A program made the translations under genes and the position numbers. Shown one piece after another: positions 27,101-39,400 of a DNA stretch of 64,000 nucleotides (positions are counted from its first letter, which is position 1; the number at the start of each line of letters is the position of its first letter). The notes below the pieces were generated by a model. The model had not been told where the DNA came from. It worked only from the letters and a program-made list of their open reading frames with translations, and made no database searches. This DNA comes from Callorhinchus milii (taxonomy: Eukaryota): positions 34,784,001-34,848,000 of the forward strand of contig NW_024704743.1 of NCBI RefSeq assembly GCF_018977255.1. The letters run 5' to 3'.

Positions 27101-28050
27101 GATTTCAGAAACCAAGTTAAAAATTCCATTTATTAAATATTACTTTTTTTAGTGAAAAATAAGTTCTTTGCACCTAGTTTAGTAACATTTAAAGATCAGC
27201 TTGAACCTATTTTGAACTATTAAATTGGTGGCAAATTTAAGAATTGGTAATCTTGACTTTTTTATATCGTTTTATTATGTAGTAAAACATTATTTTGATG
27301 ATTTATTTAATGGATGTTGTGTCTTCCATTATTGTTCCGTTTCAGAATATGTTGATTCAACAACCATTCATTATGGCAGGCAAACTTGAAGCTCGTCCCA
27401 ATTCTCTTTCGTTCCCATGCGATCCAGTTACATAGATTATATCATAACATTTGAGTCACATTTGGTGCACTTATAATATACCTTTATGCAGGGAGTCTAG
27501 TCAAACAGATCCCAGACCGTTATGTTGTAAAATTTAAAGTGTTCTTTGTGTTTGTGCTCTTAACCTGTGTGTTTTATTCTGTAGGTAAGGGCCAGGATGT
27601 AAAATGCCTACATCTTCGAATGACCTTCATTAACTTAGCTTCAACATAAGTCGCTGAGAGCAAACAGTTCTTCAGTACTGAATTAAAGTGAAGACAATGG
27701 CTTTGCAGAATAATAGATCATTTTTGGACACTTGTAAACTTGGAGTTTAATTCTGTTGCTTCTGATCCTTGACCATTTTTAGCTTTTAAAGGTAGATGTA
27801 TTGTACACAAAAATGAAACTTTTGCTAATCTTGAGTACTGATTATTCTAGAACACTTCATACTGAATAAAACATTTTAACTATGGACTGGACACTCATTT
27901 CTGAATGTTAAAACAACCATGGCTGACTTATTCACTGTAATATTGGTTTGATATCCAGTGGTATCACTGCAAACTGGGTAATCTGGCACTGTAGTAATTA
28001 TTTTCATAGACTTTAATTGCATCTTCTGGTATTTTTTGAAATAAAAGTTC
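24187..28050 (+). other. PRPF4B: PRPF4B long 3' UTR region with internal splice sites and several AATAAA signals
   Basis: nearly free of interspersed repeats over ~3.8 kb unlike flanking DNA; AATAAA near 25955, 26045, 27056, 27865, 28040; splice-site-bounded segments 24602-24728 and 25248-25295; true 3' end unknown. Confidence 0.6.
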
Positions 28051-28669
28051 ACTGTCAAACTTTTTGGATAATTCAGACTAGTTAGAGATTTTGCTATTCT
28101 GATGACTATTAACAGAAATATACTAAACTGTTCAATGTTTTATTTAATCCTGTCAACCTACCTGTTTTGTTAAAAAATCTGCCCAAATGGAAATAATTAG
28201 TGACTCAAAAAGGAATTTAAGGTCGGGAGGGGGAAAGCATTTAACGATCTGGTCATCGTGTCCCACAAAGCTTGTGCAAACAGATTTTGCCTTGATTATT
28301 GACTATCCTCCCTGGGGGAGGGGGGATCTAAGCAGGGTTTCAAGTTCAACTGACTCTAAGGTGGCTTGTTTGAAACAGAATATTGGAATTGAGTCAACTC
28401 CTCTGGTAGATCAGTAGTCTGGATTGTTACCCAGGCAGTCCTGCGATACTGCAGGGCATTGATGATGACTGGAGCCAGGAAATCTTCCCACTCAGCTCCA
28501 GTTAACTGCAATCCAAAGTTGTAACAGGTACAATGGTCCAAGCCAGACAAGATGTGTGGTTTTGTTGGGTTCCCCAAGCTTGGCTCTTGTCAGTTTGCAG
28601 CTGATAATCTCCAGAATTGGGTAAGCAGGATGCCTCTGTCCAGGGAGAGTGCCCATTCCATTCCAATAA

Positions 28670-29335
28670 ATACAATAAAATTATGTTTGTATAGTGCCTT
28701 TCATGTTGAGAGGACAATCTATGTTTGCTGGGGATCAGGGAGGGTGGGAGGAGGGTGACCGAAGGCACGGTGGAAGAAAAATGTCTTGGAAGGGGCGAGG
28801 CGGAGAGACTGCAGGATGGAGCTCCGATGGTGGTGGCAGAATGGCAGAAGGTCCGTCTGCCAATGTAGGGCGGGTGAGTTGGGAGATGTGAAGCAGGTTG
28901 AAGCCCGCTGAGTGGAGGGAGCAGGCAGGTTGGTAATGGGTTAGAAGGTCGCGAAGATAGGGGGGAGTGAGGGCTTTGAAGGTGAGGACCAAGATCTTGA
29001 ACTGTATCCACTGTGTGATGGGAAGCCAGTGGAGTTGGGCAAGAATGGGGATGAGAGGGTCACAGAGCCTGGTGCGGAAAAGGACATGGGCTGCAAAGTT
29101 CTGGATGATCTGCAGCCTATGGAGGGAGGAATTGGGGAGGCCGACAAGCAGGAAGTTTGCATAGTCAAGTCTTGATGTTATGAATGCAGGTATGAGAATT
29201 TCAGCAGCCTGCAGTGTGAGACAGTGGCGGAGCTGGATGATGTTGCGGAGGTGGGGAAGGGCAGAGCCGGTCATAGTACAGATGTTGGGTAGGAAGGATA
29301 GTTGAGGGTCATATAAGATACAATGTTGGGAATTT
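28670..29335 (-). mobile_element. L2 LINE 3' fragment
   Basis: [26 protein letters not shown] motifs and L2 tail. Confidence 0.88.
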
Positions 29336-29502
29336 CCATGCATAGGTGGGATGCATGCACTCTTTGTTTAGATACTAAATTTCCACATGTATCAAGACAT
29401 CTGGGTGGTCAAAAAATAGCCCTGTTGGAGTCTATCTGAATTAGTGGTGATGTCTATCGGAAATAACCTCATCTTGTATCTTGCGGGGAACAAAAACATG
29501 GC

Positions 29503-29872
29503 CTTGCCTCTCTGACCTACTGACTCCCTACCAACCTGCCCGCTCCCTCTATTCAGCGGGCTCTGGCCTGCTCCACGTCTCTCGCCCGACCGCCCTACCA
29601 TCAGTGGCCGGGCTTTCAGCCTCTCTACCCCCACACCCTGGAACTCCATCTCACGGTCCCTTCGCCTCACTTCCTTCCTTGCCTTCTTCAAGGCCGGTCT
29701 CAAAACCCTTCTCTTCGATCGTGCCTTTGGTCGCTCTCCCACCTCTCCGCCTTCCCTCACCCTACCCCACCCCTCCCCCATCCTCGGACCCTGACACCTG
29801 ACTGTTCAGCGCTTTGGTATGTCCTCCTGACGTGAAAGGTGCTCTATAAATGTAATTTTGTTGTTGTTGTTG
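29503..29872 (+). mobile_element. L2 LINE 3' fragment
   Basis: similar to 60514-60900; ends in (ttg)n. Confidence 0.88.
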
Positions 29873-30259
29873 GGAAATGGGCAAAAGAGAGCCCATGAAT
29901 GATGGAGACAGGTTCTGTAATGTAATAATACAATTTAACAAATGTTATTTAACTTAGAAATTTCTATATTGAACATAGGCAAAATTGAAGGGATATAATC
30001 TTTGTTTTGAAATGCAGTACACTTCAAATAGTTACGATTTTTTCAGTCTGTTGTGCCTTAAAGATATTGTGTATCATAGGTGTGTTTCTTGTCAATACAG
30101 AAAAAAATCAATCTTCTGCCCATCTCAAACACCAGTCTTAAGATTCTATCTATTTGCATGAACATACTAAACTTTATTAATAATAGCTTTATCAGTACTA
30201 AAACTACTCCTATCTAGATATGTTTTGTTTAACGGTAAAGAATTTTGTAAAAAAGTAGT

Positions 30260-30265
30260 TTTATT
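30260..30265 (-). terminator. candidate polyadenylation signal (AATAAA) of FAM217A
   Basis: tttatt on + strand ~60 nt past the stop codon; a second copy at 30173-30178. Confidence 0.5.
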
Positions 30266-30323
30266 CTGAAATCTATCAATATATTTGAAGTGTTGGATGT
30301 ATTTCATAAGGAAATAATACAAA

Positions 30324-32622
30324 TTACTTTTTTGTGGTGCGTTTGTTCTTTCTCTGATTAGAAGAATTGGTTATTGATTTGCTTCTATGAGAAAATATTT
30401 CCCCTAACGGTGTGTTGTTCCTTTTTCTGGATTTCTTTAGTTTTTTTTTGTCTTTCCCAGAACAACATGAAGATTTTAATGAAGCTGGGCTTTTTACAGG
30501 TTTTACTCCAGTAGTGACTTGAGTATTAGCACCGCTCCAGGCAGTTCTACCTGTTGTTTTAGCTTCTGTACTGCCATTGCTACAGGCAGGTATACATTCT
30601 GTTTTGACTTCTGTTTTGCCATAACTCAAGGCAGGTTTGTGATCTTTTTTGGATTCAGTACTTGCATAATTCCAGGCAGATCTATTATCTTTTTTGGATT
30701 CAGTACTTCCATAACTCCAGGCAGATCTATAATCTTTTTTGGATTCAGTACTTCCATAATTCCAGGCAGATCTATAATCTTTTTTGGATTCAGTACTTCC
30801 ATAATTCCAGGCAGGTCTATGTTTTTGGGACTCAGTACTTCTGTAATTCCCGGGGGGTCTATGTTCTTTTTTGGATTCAGCACTTCCGAAATTCCTGGCA
30901 GACATATGATCTTTTTGGGATTCAGTACTTCCGTAAGGTCTACCTTCTGTTTTGGCTTCATTAATTCCATAGTTCCAGGCTGGTCTACACCTTGTTTTGA
31001 CATCTGTACTCCAATAGCTCCAGGCAAATCTATATTCTGTTTTGGCTTTTCTAGTTTCAAAGTTCCAGGCAGGTATATGTGTTGTTTTAGCTTCAGTACT
31101 GGTATAGCTCAAGATTGTGTTTTCTAATGCTATGGTTTCAATATTGTTGTAATGTGACAGAGGCTCTTTGGATGCTATGGCTTCAGCACTGTCACCGTTT
31201 AAGATGGATTCTTTGAAACTTGTGCCTTCACTACTTTCATAGTTCAAGCTAGGCTTTTGTGATGCTATGGCTTTAGTATTGGGATTACTTGAGAGAGACT
31301 CCTTTAATGCTATAGCTTCAGCACTGTCACCGCTCAAGTTAGACACATTGACTGACGTGGCTTTACTACTGCCATAGTTTGAGATTGGTTCTTCTAATGC
31401 TATGGCTTTACTAATTCCATAGCTTGAGGTGGACTCTTCTAATGCTCTGGCTTTAGTACTTCCATGGCTTGAGATGGGCATTTCCAACGCTATGGTTTCA
31501 GTACTGCTACAGCTTGATATGCACTCTTGTAATACTAAAACTTCAGTACTGGCGCAACTTGAGGTGGACCCTTCTAATGTTATGACGTCACTATGGTCGG
31601 AACTTGAGGTGGAATCGCCTAATGCTTCACTATTGGCATAAGTTGAGTTATGCTCTTCTAAAGCCATGATATCAGGACTGACATAGATTGAGATAGGCTT
31701 CTGTAATACTATGGCTTCAGTACTGGCACAGCCTGCGAATGGCTCTTCTAATGTTAACTGGTTAGAGACACATATGGCTCTATTCAAGTTCTCATCAACA
31801 TTCCAATCACTTCCAAGTTGACTTTTGAATACTCGAGGCTCTGGAGAATAGTTGCACAAATCCCAAGACCCGATATGGTGTGAATTCTGGTCCTGGATAG
31901 GGTGATTAGCAGATTTCTTGAGGCAATCAGCAGGATGAGCTGAGGTTATATGAGTAAGATGATCATTTTGAGATTTTCTGTTTATTTTAACCCTATTTAC
32001 TGGACATGTGCCAGCAGAAGTGGACAGCCACGCCTCAGTGACTTTGCTCTTCTCAATTTCTATTGTGTTAAGCTGCATCTTTTCCATCTGTGTAAGGCGA
32101 TTTATCAGTCGTTGTAATTGTTCATTTGGTCTTATAGATAGAAATGTCTTCCATTGAGGGTTCTCCATCAATTCACTAAAGTTCATACTGACAAACGGTG
32201 CTGGGAGAATGTCAGGGTAGGTAGACACATCATTTTCTGGGTAAAGGCTGGAGCTGGAAGATCTCTTTTCAGTTTCCATAAGCTCTGGTCTGAGGACTAA
32301 GTTCAACTGCTGCAAATGGCTCTTTTGAAAAGCATTATATGGTTGTTTGGTTCCTGGTGGATCATTGTCATACGTGCTATCGGATGGAGTGGTATAATTT
32401 TCAGTAATATCCAAAATCAAAGGACAAGAGAAATTTCTGTCCAGTGCTTCTTTTTCTTCATAACAGTTGGCTGTCGATTTAGAAGTGCAGTTTGGAGCAC
32501 TGTTCACTCTTCTATTTCGAGCTGAGGTTGGAAGACTGTTGCTCAGGCTGTCAAGTTTCTCCTTTATAGAATTCATTAAATATTGTTTCGAGGATTTTCC
32601 CAGTCTCTCTCTTGAGTAAATT
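30324..32622 (-). CDS. FAM217A: FAM217A last (7th) coding exon: FAM217 domain plus long 15-aa repeat array and basic tail
   Basis: 750-aa ORF extends upstream to a ttacag acceptor (exon starts 32622, phase 2); LNLVLRPE...YPDILPAPF...LQRLINRLTQMEKMQLNTIEIEK matches the FAM217 motif (DLNLKPE..YPDFLPPPF..LITRLLELERLQHMTIQKE, from recall); convergent with PRPF4B as in human. Confidence 0.88.
30510..31751 (-). repeat. coding tandem repeat, 45-bp / 15-aa unit, about 28 copies
   Basis: periodicity visible in DNA (e.g. ttttttggattcagtacttccataattccaggcagatctataatc) and in protein. Confidence 0.9.
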
Positions 32623-32874
32623 CTGTAACTAAAAATATTGTATAATTCTCAGTTATGGCGTTATTCAAAGCAAGAGACCATGTATAAGGCTCGACATGAA
32701 TAAAATCTCCCACTGAAATCTGCAAGTTACTTTTTGTTAAAACCTGATGCAATGTTCATAAATGGTTCACTCTTTTGCGATGTATTGTGGTCCTATTACA
32801 GAGTGAGGAATTAACATGCTAATGAAATAGTATTTTAATTGACCCCTTCCATTGTTATTCAATTTTACATTTTC

Positions 32875-33298
32875 CCATCACATAGAGGATACAGTTCAAG
32901 ATCCTGGTCCTCACTCTCAAAGCCCTCCACGGTCTTGCTCCCCCTACCTCTCCGACGTTCTAAACCCCTACCACCCTATTCGCTCCCTCCGCTCAGTGGG
33001 CTCCGGCCTGCTTCACGTGCCCCGCCTTGCTCGCCCTATTATCGGCGGGCGGGCCTTCCGCCACTCTGCACCCACGCTCTGGAACTCCATCCCGCAATCC
33101 CTCCGCCTAGCCCCCTCCCTCGCCACCTTCAAGACCCACCTCTAGACTCTCCTCTTCGACCTGTTTTTGATCTCTCTGCTTCCCCCTCTGCCCCCCCCTC
33201 CCCTCCCGACCCTCAGCTCAGGTCCGTAACTTTGTCTGTCCAGTGCCTTGGGATGTCCTCCCGACGTGAAAGGCGCTATACAAATGTAATTTTGTTGT
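32875..33298 (+). mobile_element. L2 LINE 3' fragment
   Basis: GGRAFRHSAPTLWNSIP motif; tail gggatgtcctcccgacgtgaaaggcgc. Confidence 0.88.
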
Positions 33299-33578
33299 AC
33301 ATATGCCTTCCCACAGTCAACTTAGACAGTCGCTTCCTCAAAATGTCTATGTAATTGGTCAGACAAGACCTACCCTTTCTGAACCCATGTTGGGTTTGCT
33401 TGGAATTTGATTTAAAACTTCAGGGGATGAGGGCTGAGCTAAGAGAATATAGACTAGGAGGCATTAATCAAGGAAAAATCAGTTGAGGATAAATGGAAAT
33501 CTTTAAAGAACATTATGCAGTGTGTGCAGGACAAATATGTACCCAAGTGCAACAGGCAAGTTAAACAGACACACTAAA

Positions 33579-33897
33579 TAATAATAATAATCCTTGCATT
33601 TGATATAGCGCTTTTCAAGTCGGGAGGACGTCCCAAAGCGCTTCACAGAACATAGTGTAAAGTGAATTGACTATATTTGTGGGCGAACGCGGCAGCCAAT
33701 TGCGCACAGCAATGTCCCACAAACAGTCGTAGATTGAAAATGACCAATTTATTATTGTTTTGGGTTTTTTGGAGGGATTATTATTAGGTGTGTGGAGTAA
33801 GGAAACTTGCCCAAGGTTTCGCCCTGACCTGCCTGGAATTGAACTCAGGTCTTTCACTTGCAAAGCGAGTGCTCTAACCACTGAGCTACAGGACTCC
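33579..33897 (-). mobile_element. full-length SINE inserted in CR1
   Basis: head ggagtcctgtagctcagtggttagagcac on - strand; (att)n tail. Confidence 0.9.
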
Positions 33898-34659
33898 ACA
33901 CAAATATAAATGGGAAAATAAAAAGGGAGATAAAGAAAAGGAAGATTTATAAAACTTGTAGGGAGAAAGGAGAGAGTGACCGTTGGGCTGAATGCAGAAA
34001 GAGGTTAACTAAAAAAGTTAGGGTGGAAATAGTGGAGATTGGCGACAATCTTTCAAACCTCCTTGAATACTCCAGGAGTATGCCTGAGGACTGGAGAGTT
34101 GCAAATGTTATACCTGTTCAAAAAAGGGGGAGAGGGATATACCTAGTAACAACAGGTCAGTCAGCCTAACGTCTGGGGAAACTTCTAGAGACCTTAATCC
34201 GGGACAAAATTGATTTTTACTTAGAAAAACAAGTTAATTAATGACAGTCAACACGTATTTGTGAAAGGCAAATCTTATCTGACTAACTTAATTTTGAGTT
34301 CTTTGACGATATAACGGAGAGGATTGATGAAGGTAGTTCATCAATAGTTGATGTAGTGTATATCAAAGCGTTTGATAAGGTGCCACATAATAGACTAGTG
34401 AGCAAAATTGAAGCCCATGGGACAGTGGCAGCATAGATACGAAATTGGCTGGAAGACAGAAAGGGTAGTATTTCAGACCAGAGGGAAGTATACAGTTGTG
34501 TCCCCGATGGGTCGGTATTAGGTCCACTGCTCTTTTTGATATACTGCACATAAATGACTTGCAATTAGGTAAAAGAGAGAAAAATTTTAAAGTTTGCAGA
34601 TGACAGAAAACTTGGGCACGTAAACAGTGAGGAGGATGGAAGCAGACTGCAGGAGGACA

Positions 34660-34935
34660 TAATCCTTGTATTTGATATAGCGCCTTATGTCTTTGAGACA
34701 TCTCAAAGCTTTTCACAGAACATACTGTAAAATGAATTGACTATATTTTGTGGGGGAAACAAGGCAGCCAATTGTGCATAGCAACGACTCACAAACAGCC
34801 ACAGATTGAGTGATTAATTTTTTTTGAAGGAATTATTACCCCTGGAAAAATGATCCGCCAATCAACTAACAACCGGGTACCTTCTTACTGCTAGGTAAAC
34901 AGACATATGTGGAATAAGGAAACTTGCCCAACATT
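34660..34935 (-). mobile_element. SINE inserted in CR1
   Basis: same core and tail on - strand. Confidence 0.8.
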
Positions 34936-36578
34936 TTGTCCTTGCTCCACACGCCTGATGATAATCCCTCAAAAAAAACAATAATAAAATTGGTCGCTTC
35001 AATTGGATCCTTGGCTTTATAGATGGAGGCATGGAGTACAAAAGCAAGGAAGTTCTGCTAAACCTTTATAAGTCACTGGTTAGGGCTCAGCTGGAGTATT
35101 GTATCCAATTCTGGACACTGCACTTAAGGAATTATATCAACACCTTGGAGAGGGTGCAGAGAAGATTTACCAGAATCATACCAGGAATGAGGGACTTCAG
35201 TTATGAGCGACTAAAGAAGCTGAGATTGCAACCAGGGGACGTAGATTCAAGATAATTGGCAAAAGAACCAGAGGGGAGATGAGAATTATTTGAAAAGGCA
35301 GTGGAAATAGATACCATAACAACTTTCAAAAGGGAATTGGATATGGGGAAAATGCAGGGGAGTGGGACAGGCACGATCCTATGTAATATCCTATAATTCT
35401 ATGAAAGGGAGGCAAGAGAGAACTGCAAAGGGATATAGCAAATGCAAAACAACTCACACATTCTTAGAGTTATAAGAAAATTGGAAATTCTAAGGGATTC
35501 AAAGATTGAAAAAGAGCAATTACAACATTGCAAACATTAAACTATGGCTTCCTAAAGTCGTTTTTGTTTTTTTAAACTAGGGAGGGCATTAAAAAATATT
35601 CCCCCAACATTGTCTGAGCTTCAGGCCTTTAACATAAGTGAGGCTGTGATTCTGGAGAGGCTCAAGGGTCTTAAAACCAACAAATGCCTGGAAACAGATG
35701 AACTGTACCTACTGAACTGTTCTACTCCCTCTGCTCCAGAACCCAGGCCTGATTCATGTCCTCCAGCCCTTCAACTCCACCATTTGGTGGTGGGGGGAAC
35801 CAATTTGCCTCTGCTTTCTGGAACTCTAAATTACCTCTGCCTTGCTCCTTTCTTCTCTACTTTCAAAACCCATCTAAGAACTTTTCTCTTTGCACCTTCA
35901 ATCATCTTGCTCCTCTGTTCTACTTTGCATGGCCATCCACTCCATCTCTGTAAAGTGTTTTGAGGTGTTCTACAGCAAACATTGTAGCCTTCCAACTTCC
36001 CCACCTGAGACCTACTAACTTGCCCTCCAGGATTTAACCCTGCAATCTTTGGAGTGTTACCAGCCAGGACCTTCATCCTCAAATCCAGTGGTAGCCAGCC
36101 TGTGGCCTGCACAAGTTTAGGTCAGTCTGTGTTCAATATTATGCTTCCAATTTTTTCTTAATTGATTTATGGTATAAATCAAGAAATATTTGAGAAAATG
36201 TATTTTGTTCACCAACCAAAAAGGTTGGCCAGTATTTCACAAAGCTAATGGATAAGATCTAATGGTTGCCAGTTCACAATGTACCTACAATTCCTGAAGA
36301 GTGATTATTAAATCCACTCCCATTTAATCTGCATAAAGGCACAATTCCTGCATCTCAGTTTCAATATTTTGGTGAATTTTAGATTTAAAGAACTATTTTT
36401 AGTTAGCATATCTCTATTCTATATAGTTGCAAACATTACAGCAGTAACCATTCTCTTACAATATTTTGTTAAATATCATATTGATTATTAGCAATTTTTA
36501 AAAATTCAACTAATTTTTATGTTTTGATATTTATATAGTAAAGAAATCTGATATATGACTGTTCAAATCTAAAAATAC

Positions 36579-36667
36579 CTGTTACTTATAATGGAAGCTT
36601 GTTCACTCCAGCAAATTGTTGGTTTGGGTACTGTGACATCAGCAGGTTTTGTTGGAGACGATTGAAC
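36579..36667 (-). CDS. FAM217A: FAM217A exon 6 (predicted)
   Basis: tttatag acceptor, cag|gtattt donor; 89 nt, open in phase 0-2 (VQSSPTKPADVTVPKPTICWSEQASIISN), joins last exon in frame. Confidence 0.7.
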
Positions 36668-37319
36668 CTATAAATATAATAATTGCAGTATTTTTCCTAT
36701 ATAAACACTCCTAATAATGCTCATTTGTGGCTATCTTTTACTTTCAGGCTTTTTCTCCTTTAGGAAAATTATCCACAAAGCAATCCAATGACCTCTTTTT
36801 TTTGAATCCCCAGCTCGGGTCCGAAACACTGATTGTCCAGTGCCATGGGACGTTCGCCCGAAGTGAAAGGCGCTATACCAATGTAATTTTGTTGTTGTAG
36901 ACTAACGATTTTTATAATTTGAAATTTGGAGGTACGATATTATTAAATCTCTCAATCATGAATTCCAAAACAGAATTTGTGATTAATGTAACTTACCTTA
37001 ACTTGTTACATTACTTGTAAATAATGTGGTATGTTGCAAACTACAAATTAAGCGGTTTCTTAATATTGCATTTAATGTGTTTTTTTTAAGGGCCCTGTGT
37101 TCCTGCGGTTAGGATGCTTATATGTCCTATGAGATTTAATTCTGCACCATTAGTCACCGCCCACTACAAACCTGCCATAAATGTAGCTTCCGGCCCGCGG
37201 GCCACTCATGCTATTTACTTGGAGTCACTGTGGGCGGAGCGGCTCTGTATGCACATGCGTAGTGTGGCGCAAGTGGCAAATGGGCTACACTAGGAGATCC
37301 CACTGTTGTGATTGTCTGT

Positions 37320-37906
37320 CTCCTGTATGTGAGTGCGTTTGGGTGTCTTAGAACTGTGTGTGTGTGTGTCTCTCTCTCTCTGTGTCTCTGAGTGTCTCTC
37401 TCTCTGTATCTAAATGTGTGTGTGTGTGTCTATGTGGTCTCTGAGTGAGTGTGTCTCTGTGTGTGTGTGTGTGTGTGTGTGAGGAGGGGGGTCTCTGAGT
37501 GTGTGTGTGTGTTTCTCTCTGTGTGTCTAAGTGTGTGTGTGTGTGTGTCTCTAAGTGAGTGCGTCTCTATCTCTGTGTCACTCTGCGTGTTGGAATGTGT
37601 GTGTGTGACTCTGAGTATGTGTGTCTCTCTCTGTGTCTCTCTCTGAGTGTGTGTGTCTCTCTCTGAGTGTGTGTGTCTATGAGTGTGTATCTGAATGTGT
37701 GTGTGTCTATCTGTGTGTCTCTGAGTATATGTGTCTCTCTCTCTGGGTCTCTGAGTGTGTGTGTGTCTCTCTCTCTGGGTCTCTGAGTGTGTGCGTGTGT
37801 CTCTCTCTCTCTGGGTCTCTGAGTATACGTGTGTGTCTCTCTGAGTTTGTGTGTGTGTGTCTCTCTCTCTGAGTGTGTGTGTGTCTCTGAGTGTGTGTGT
37901 GTCTCT
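37320..37906 (+). repeat. compound (TG)n/(TC)n microsatellite
   Basis: alternating gtgtgt / ctctct blocks; resumes at 38285-38375. Confidence 0.9.
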
Positions 37907-38284
37907 GAGTGTGAACGTGCGCCTCGCGAGTGTGCGCCTCGCGAGTGTGAACGTGCGCCTCGCGAGTGTGCGCCTCGCGAGTGTGCGCCTCGCGAGTGTG
38001 AACGTGCGCCTCGCGAGTGTGAACGTGCGCCTCGCGAGTGTGAACGTGCGCCTCGCGAGTGTGAACGTGCGCCTCGCGAGTGTGAACGTGCGCCTCGCGA
38101 GTGTGAACGTGCGCCTCGCGAGTGTGAACGTGCGCCTCGCGAGTGTGCGCCTCGCGAGTGTGAACGTGCGCCTCGCGAGTGTGCGCCTCGCGAGTGTGCG
38201 CCTCGCGAGTGTGCGCCTCGCGAGTGTGAACGTGCGCCTCGCGAGTGTGAACGTGCGCCTCGCGAGTGTGAACGTGCGCCTCGC
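37907..38284 (+). repeat. CpG-rich minisatellite: 21-bp (gagtgtgaacgtgcgcctcgc) and 15-bp (gagtgtgcgcctcgc) units, 20 copies
   Basis: 13 long and 7 short units read directly, essentially without mismatches. Confidence 0.95.
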
Positions 38285-38734
38285 GAGTGTGCCTGTGTCT
38301 CTGAGCGCGCCTGTGTCTTTGAGCGCGTGTGTGTGTCTCGCTGAGCGTGTGTGTCTCTCTCTCTCTCTGGGTCTGTGTGCAGTGCCAGCCCTGAGAGGCA
38401 GGAGGTGGTGAGCTCTTGTAGCCTCACTGGTGTGTGCACACACAACCCCACCACCCCCCAACCAACAAAAAAAATGGCCACACAGTTCTTGTTAAAGAAG
38501 CAATTACTCATTTTTTTGCAACAATCTAATATGTGTTATTTCCTTATGTTTAGTTTTTATCAAAGTGAAAAAATGTAGTAAAATATACCTCAATAGCACC
38601 AATCAACCCCCGCAATTTCCCCAGCAAAAGTTAGCAAAGGCCTCGGCAATTTTGCGCAAGATCTGCAAGTGCTCCACAATTTTTTTGCCAATATGCCCGC
38701 ACTTTTCTATTGGCTCAGGTTACGAGCCTCATAC

Positions 38735-38809
38735 CTGCCTGTATCTTCCGTTTTGCATCATGCTCATATCCTCCAGCTGTTCAATCAGGATTGTGTATGA
38801 TTCCTTGGT
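38735..38809 (-). CDS. FAM217A: FAM217A exon 5 (predicted)
   Basis: ttttag acceptor, cag|gtatga donor; 75 nt, phase 0-0, TKESYTILIEQLEDMSMMQNGRYRQ (ILIEQL resembles IPVEQL of human FAM217A, from recall). Confidence 0.7.
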
Positions 38810-39220
38810 CTAAAATTAGAGAAGAAACATTTACTAGCATAACATCATTAACTAAAAATAACAAAATTGGTTTAGGAATAAAATATAATGCTATCTTGAG
38901 CAGTAACTTCCACAAGAGTCTATTGTTCACAATAGAATCAATTTAGTGATCCACTTGATATTTAGTAAATTGAGTTCAGCTGGATGTATGTGCTGCAGAG
39001 AATTATTTTCCTCTCAACTCCTCCCTTCCAAAAGCAAATGCCATGATATAGCATTATAGCCTTGAACTATGGATTAGTGGGGTATTGACTTTTTTATGTT
39101 GGATGTCTACAGTTCACAACATGTGTATATTGATCAGTTCTAAATATCAAAATACCCCACTGAAATCACACCTGTTCGACGCATATTACCCGCATGTCTG
39201 TTTATTGTCATCAGGCTCCA

Positions 39221-39400
39221 ATAATAATCCTTGATTTGATATAGCGCCTTATGTCTGAGACGTCTCAAAGCAGTTCACAGAACATACTGTCAAGTGAATT
39301 GACTGTATATCTTGTGGATAAAACATGGGGCAGCCAATTGTGCACAACAGTGTCCCACAAACAGTCGTGGATTGAGTGACCAATTTTTTTTATTGTTTTG
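39221..39400 (-). mobile_element. SINE 3' half
   Basis: core and tail on - strand. Confidence 0.8.

Larger units (their letters stand above)
33430..35405 (+). mobile_element. CR1-clade LINE remnant interrupted by two SINEs
   Basis: decayed DWRVANVIP, KAFDKVPH, KFADD, LYKSLVRAQLEYCIQFW, LERVQRRFTRII motifs; attctatg-type 3' end. Confidence 0.9.

Noticed and set aside
30519..31127. Antisense and alternate-frame ORFs (202, 144, 100 aa) over the FAM217A repeat
   Set aside because: By-products of a 45-bp tandem repeat that lacks stops in those frames
37430..38511. Long ORFs (343, 314, 186, 171 aa) with TLARR/HSRGA/ECERAPR repeats
   Set aside because: Translations of micro- and minisatellite DNA; no splice or homology support
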